A stretch of 48,672 bases of DNA from Limisphaerales bacterium (lineage in GTDB: Bacteria > Patescibacteriota > Microgenomatia > UBA1400 > PJMF01). The stretch spans positions 1 through 48,672 of the forward strand of contig JBILGT010000005.1 of the NCBI GenBank assembly GCA_044350895.1. The letters are read 5' to 3'. Numbering within the stretch: position 1 is the stretch's first letter; each line of letters begins with the position of its first letter. The translations under genes were made by a program, and so were the position numbers. A model generated the notes under the pieces. It ran no database searches. It was not told the origin of the DNA and worked only from the letters and a program-made list of their open reading frames with translations. Of the stretch, positions 46,294 through 48,672 are shown in pieces.

Positions 46294-48672
46294 CTACTCC
46301 GCAGCTGTAGCAATATATGTGGAACCAGCTGGTCGAATTTTTTTGACAACTTCTGCTGCTACGAATACTAATAGTGAGATCACTGCGATTCCAGACAGCT
46401 CATATTGTGTGAGTGACACAAATCCAAATGTTTGTTGGAGCTTTGGAATATACATTACTATAAGCATTAATGTAAGTGAAATACAAAAAACTATGTTGAC
46501 AATTTTGTTACTGAATAGTCCAATTTCAAACACAGACTGATGCAGTGAACGCATCGTAAACATATTGAAAAGTTGTGATATTGAAATAACTGCAAAGGCA
46601 GCTGTTCGGGCTTTTTCAACGCCTTCCGGCAGGAAATAGAGAAAGACACCAAGCAATACAAGAACCATGCTCGCAACGATTGTTAAAAAGAGTGGTATGA
46701 AGTTTGCAATCAATATGTTTTCAGATGGATTTCTTGGCTTAACTCGCATGACATCTTTATGCGCGGGCTCTGTGGTGAGGGCGATATCGGTAACACCACC
46801 AGTTACAATGTTGAGCCAGAGAATTTGCAATGGTAGTAATGGGAGGGGAAACCCTAATAGCAGCGCAATTAGCAGTCCCAAACTCTCTGCAACATTAGTA
46901 GCAATTAAAAAGTAACTAGTACGTCTCACATTACTAAACTGCACACGTCCTTCTTCAATGGCATTCACTATTGATGAAAAATTATCATCAGCCAAAACAA
47001 TCTCACTTGCCTCACGAGCTACGTCAGTGCCTTTTTTGCCCATCGCAATTCCCACATCGGCTTGCTTCAGTGCCGGAGCATCATTCACACCATCACCAGT
47101 CATTGCCACCACATGACCTTGTTCCTGCAAAATTTTTGCTACACGTAATTTAGTGCTGGGCGTTAAGCGTGCCAAAATTATTTTTGTTTGTAACTCTTCT
47201 TTCAAATCAACATCAGTGAGTTCTGAAATTTCGTCCTGCGTTAAAACACTAGATTCTGAAGCAGTTTCGGGAAGTAGTCCAATTTGTTTGGCAATGGCGA
47301 GTGCTGTTTTCGGGTGATCCCCTGTGGCCATAATAACTCGGATTCCTGCAGCGAGTGCTGTTGCGATTGCTTGATTTACTTCTGGACGAGGCGGATCAAA
47401 CAGTCCAACACAACCTACAAACACCAAGTTCTGTAGATCCGACTTACTGACTTTTTTCTGTTGTGGAGAAGTTTTGACATATGCACACGCAATTACGCGC
47501 ATTGCTTGATTGGTCAGGGCATGTGTCTCAGTGATAAATGCATCTTTTTCACTCTTTTTCCAGCGATCAATTTTATTGTTATGCATGTAGAAACTACAGC
47601 GTTCAATAATCGCTTCAGGTGCTCCAATTACCAGCACTTCTTTCTCATGTGAGTCAGTGCGATCTGAAACAAGTGATGCTCGCAATCGGAGTTCCTGGAC
47701 AAACGGCAGATCATCAATTTTTTCAGGAAGATTGGAATACGTTTTATCATACATACCTGTTTTTATGGCTAGTTGCAGCAGCGCATGTTCTGTAGGATCT
47801 CCCACGGATTCTTTATTCTTAAAAGTACCACTGCCTAAAGTATCAACCCACTGAGTTAAATTGTTGCAGAGTGCCGCAATTGTCAGAATCTTTTGCAGTT
47901 GCTGGTGCTTATCAAAAATGAGCGGCTGATTATTTTGGGTAAGTAGTCGCTCAATTGTATCTTCAGCTTCACCTGCATGCACTTCGATAATATCTTGGTG
48001 CGGTAACAGTATGCGCTGCGCCTGCATTTCATTTTTGGTTAATGTCCCAGTTTTATCAGTCATAATCACTGATACAACACCCAGCGTTTCTGTAGCAGGC
48101 AGTCGGCGTACAATTGCATTTCGCTTTGCCATGCGTTGTGCTCCGACAGCCAAAACTAAAACTAAAATAATTGGGAGACTTTCCGGAAGAGCAGAAACCA
48201 ACGTCGCAATTGTATAGATAATCATGTCGTAGAGTTCAAACTGTCTGATAAAGAAGCCAACTAAGAAAGTAATAGCCGCAGATGACACAGCTACAACCAC
48301 CATTTGTGAACTGAGCTTGCGAGTACGTTTCTCGTAGTGATTGGGGAGTTCAGTAATTGTCTGCAAATTTTCAGCAATTTTGCCAAACTGTGTAGAAATA
48401 CTTGTTGCTACAACAACAACTTCGGCAACTCCTCGTGATACGAGTGTACCCATAAAAACTATATTAGTTTGATCTGAGAGTGAAGCACTGGCAGAAAGTG
48501 TGCGGCTGGTTTTCTCGGTGGGATATGACTCACCAGTCAGTGCGGATTCGATAGTTTGGAGATTTTTACAACTGATGACACGTGCATCTGCCGGAATTTT
48601 GTCACCTTCATCTAAAACAAGTATGTCTCCAGGAACCAGATCCTGTGGTTCAATCAACTCCATTGTCCCGTT
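46294..48672 (-). CDS. P-type cation-transporting ATPase (P2-like), N-terminus beyond the window edge
   Basis: ORF open to the window end, with 'TGES', the phosphorylation site 'DKTGTLT', 'MATGD' and 'GDGVNDAPALK'. Confidence 0.9.
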   Translation of the reverse strand, partial: NGTMELIEPQDLVPGDILVLDEGDKIPADARVISCKNLQTIESALTGESYPTEKTSRTLSASASLSDQTNIVFMGTLVSRGVAEVVVVATSISTQFGKIAENLQTITELPNHYEKRTRKLSSQMVVVAVSSAAITFLVGFFIRQFELYDMIIYTIATLVSALPESLPIILVLVLAVGAQRMAKRNAIVRRLPATETLGVVSVIMTDKTGTLTKNEMQAQRILLPHQDIIEVHAGEAEDTIERLLTQNNQPLIFDKHQQLQKILTIAALCNNLTQWVDTLGSGTFKNKESVGDPTEHALLQLAIKTGMYDKTYSNLPEKIDDLPFVQELRLRASLVSDRTDSHEKEVLVIGAPEAIIERCSFYMHNNKIDRWKKSEKDAFITETHALTNQAMRVIACAYVKTSPQQKKVSKSDLQNLVFVGCVGLFDPPRPEVNQAIATALAAGIRVIMATGDHPKTALAIAKQIGLLPETASESSVLTQDEISELTDVDLKEELQTKIILARLTPSTKLRVAKILQEQGHVVAMTGDGVNDAPALKQADVGIAMGKKGTDVAREASEIVLADDNFSSIVNAIEEGRVQFSNVRRTSYFLIATNVAESLGLLIALLLGFPLPLLPLQILWLNIVTGGVTDIALTTEPAHKDVMRVKPRNPSENILIANFIPLFLTIVASMVLVLLGVFLYFLPEGVEKARTAAFAVISISQLFNMFTMRSLHQSVFEIGLFSNKIVNIVFCISLTLMLIVMYIPKLQQTFGFVSLTQYELSGIAVISLLVFVAAEVVKKIRPAGSTYIATAAE

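Noticed and set aside
1-48672. A scan for CRISPR arrays, IS/transposase or integrase genes, reverse transcriptase/DGR repeats, rRNA, tmRNA, RNase P RNA and SRP RNA.
   Set aside because: I found no regularly spaced direct repeats, no recombinase or RT-like ORFs, and none of the conserved cores of these RNAs. The only repeat structure found is the tRNA-Ser 3'-end duplication, reported above.

Overview
This is a 48.7-kb, gene-dense, low-GC bacterial window that uses the standard genetic code; TAG, TAA and TGA all end well-supported genes. The gene content suggests a reduced-genome uncultivated bacterium, possibly CPR/Patescibacteria, but that placement is inference only. The content, in order:

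- **1.2-11.2 kb:** a surface-glycan locus with five GT2/GT4 glycosyltransferases, a ColD-type sugar dehydratase, a Wzx-like flippase, an epimerase/dehydratase and a GT-C membrane enzyme.
- **11.2-16.6 kb:** a tRNA-rich stretch. tRNA-Ser(CGA) is followed by extra copies of its own 3' end, an orphan ORF, a second GT-C-like gene and a gene-poor decayed region.
- **16.6-19.4 kb:** DedA, an aldose-reductase-like AKR and a frameshifted acyltransferase.
- **19.4-24.2 kb:** a purine-interconversion module on the minus strand: a structured leader, a CBS-less guaB, a long eukaryote-type guaA, and a divergent IMPDH/GMPR paralog broken by an in-frame TAG.
- **24.3-29.1 kb:** nucleotide and repair housekeeping: HD 5'-nucleotidase, trhO, aquaporin, GIY-YIG, ung and purA.
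- **29.1-31.5 kb:** an operon of an OmpR-type response regulator, a histidine kinase and a membrane-anchored cupredoxin, preceded by a pho-box-like direct repeat.
- **31.6-48.7 kb:** YggT, msrA, mutS, mutL, a RadC-like JAB protein, a membrane protein with a HEPN-like Rx4H motif, CapA, a CAP-domain protein, two NUDIX hydrolases, an RNA m5C methyltransferase, an ABC-2 exporter with a frameshifted ATPase, a second acyltransferase, a HhH-GPD glycosylase and a partial P-type ATPase.

Five tRNAs are present, and two carry unusual wobble bases: Arg-GCG and Ser-ACU. I saw no CRISPR array, transposase, integrase, rRNA or reverse transcriptase. Every family assignment comes from motif recognition in the supplied translations; no database search was run.
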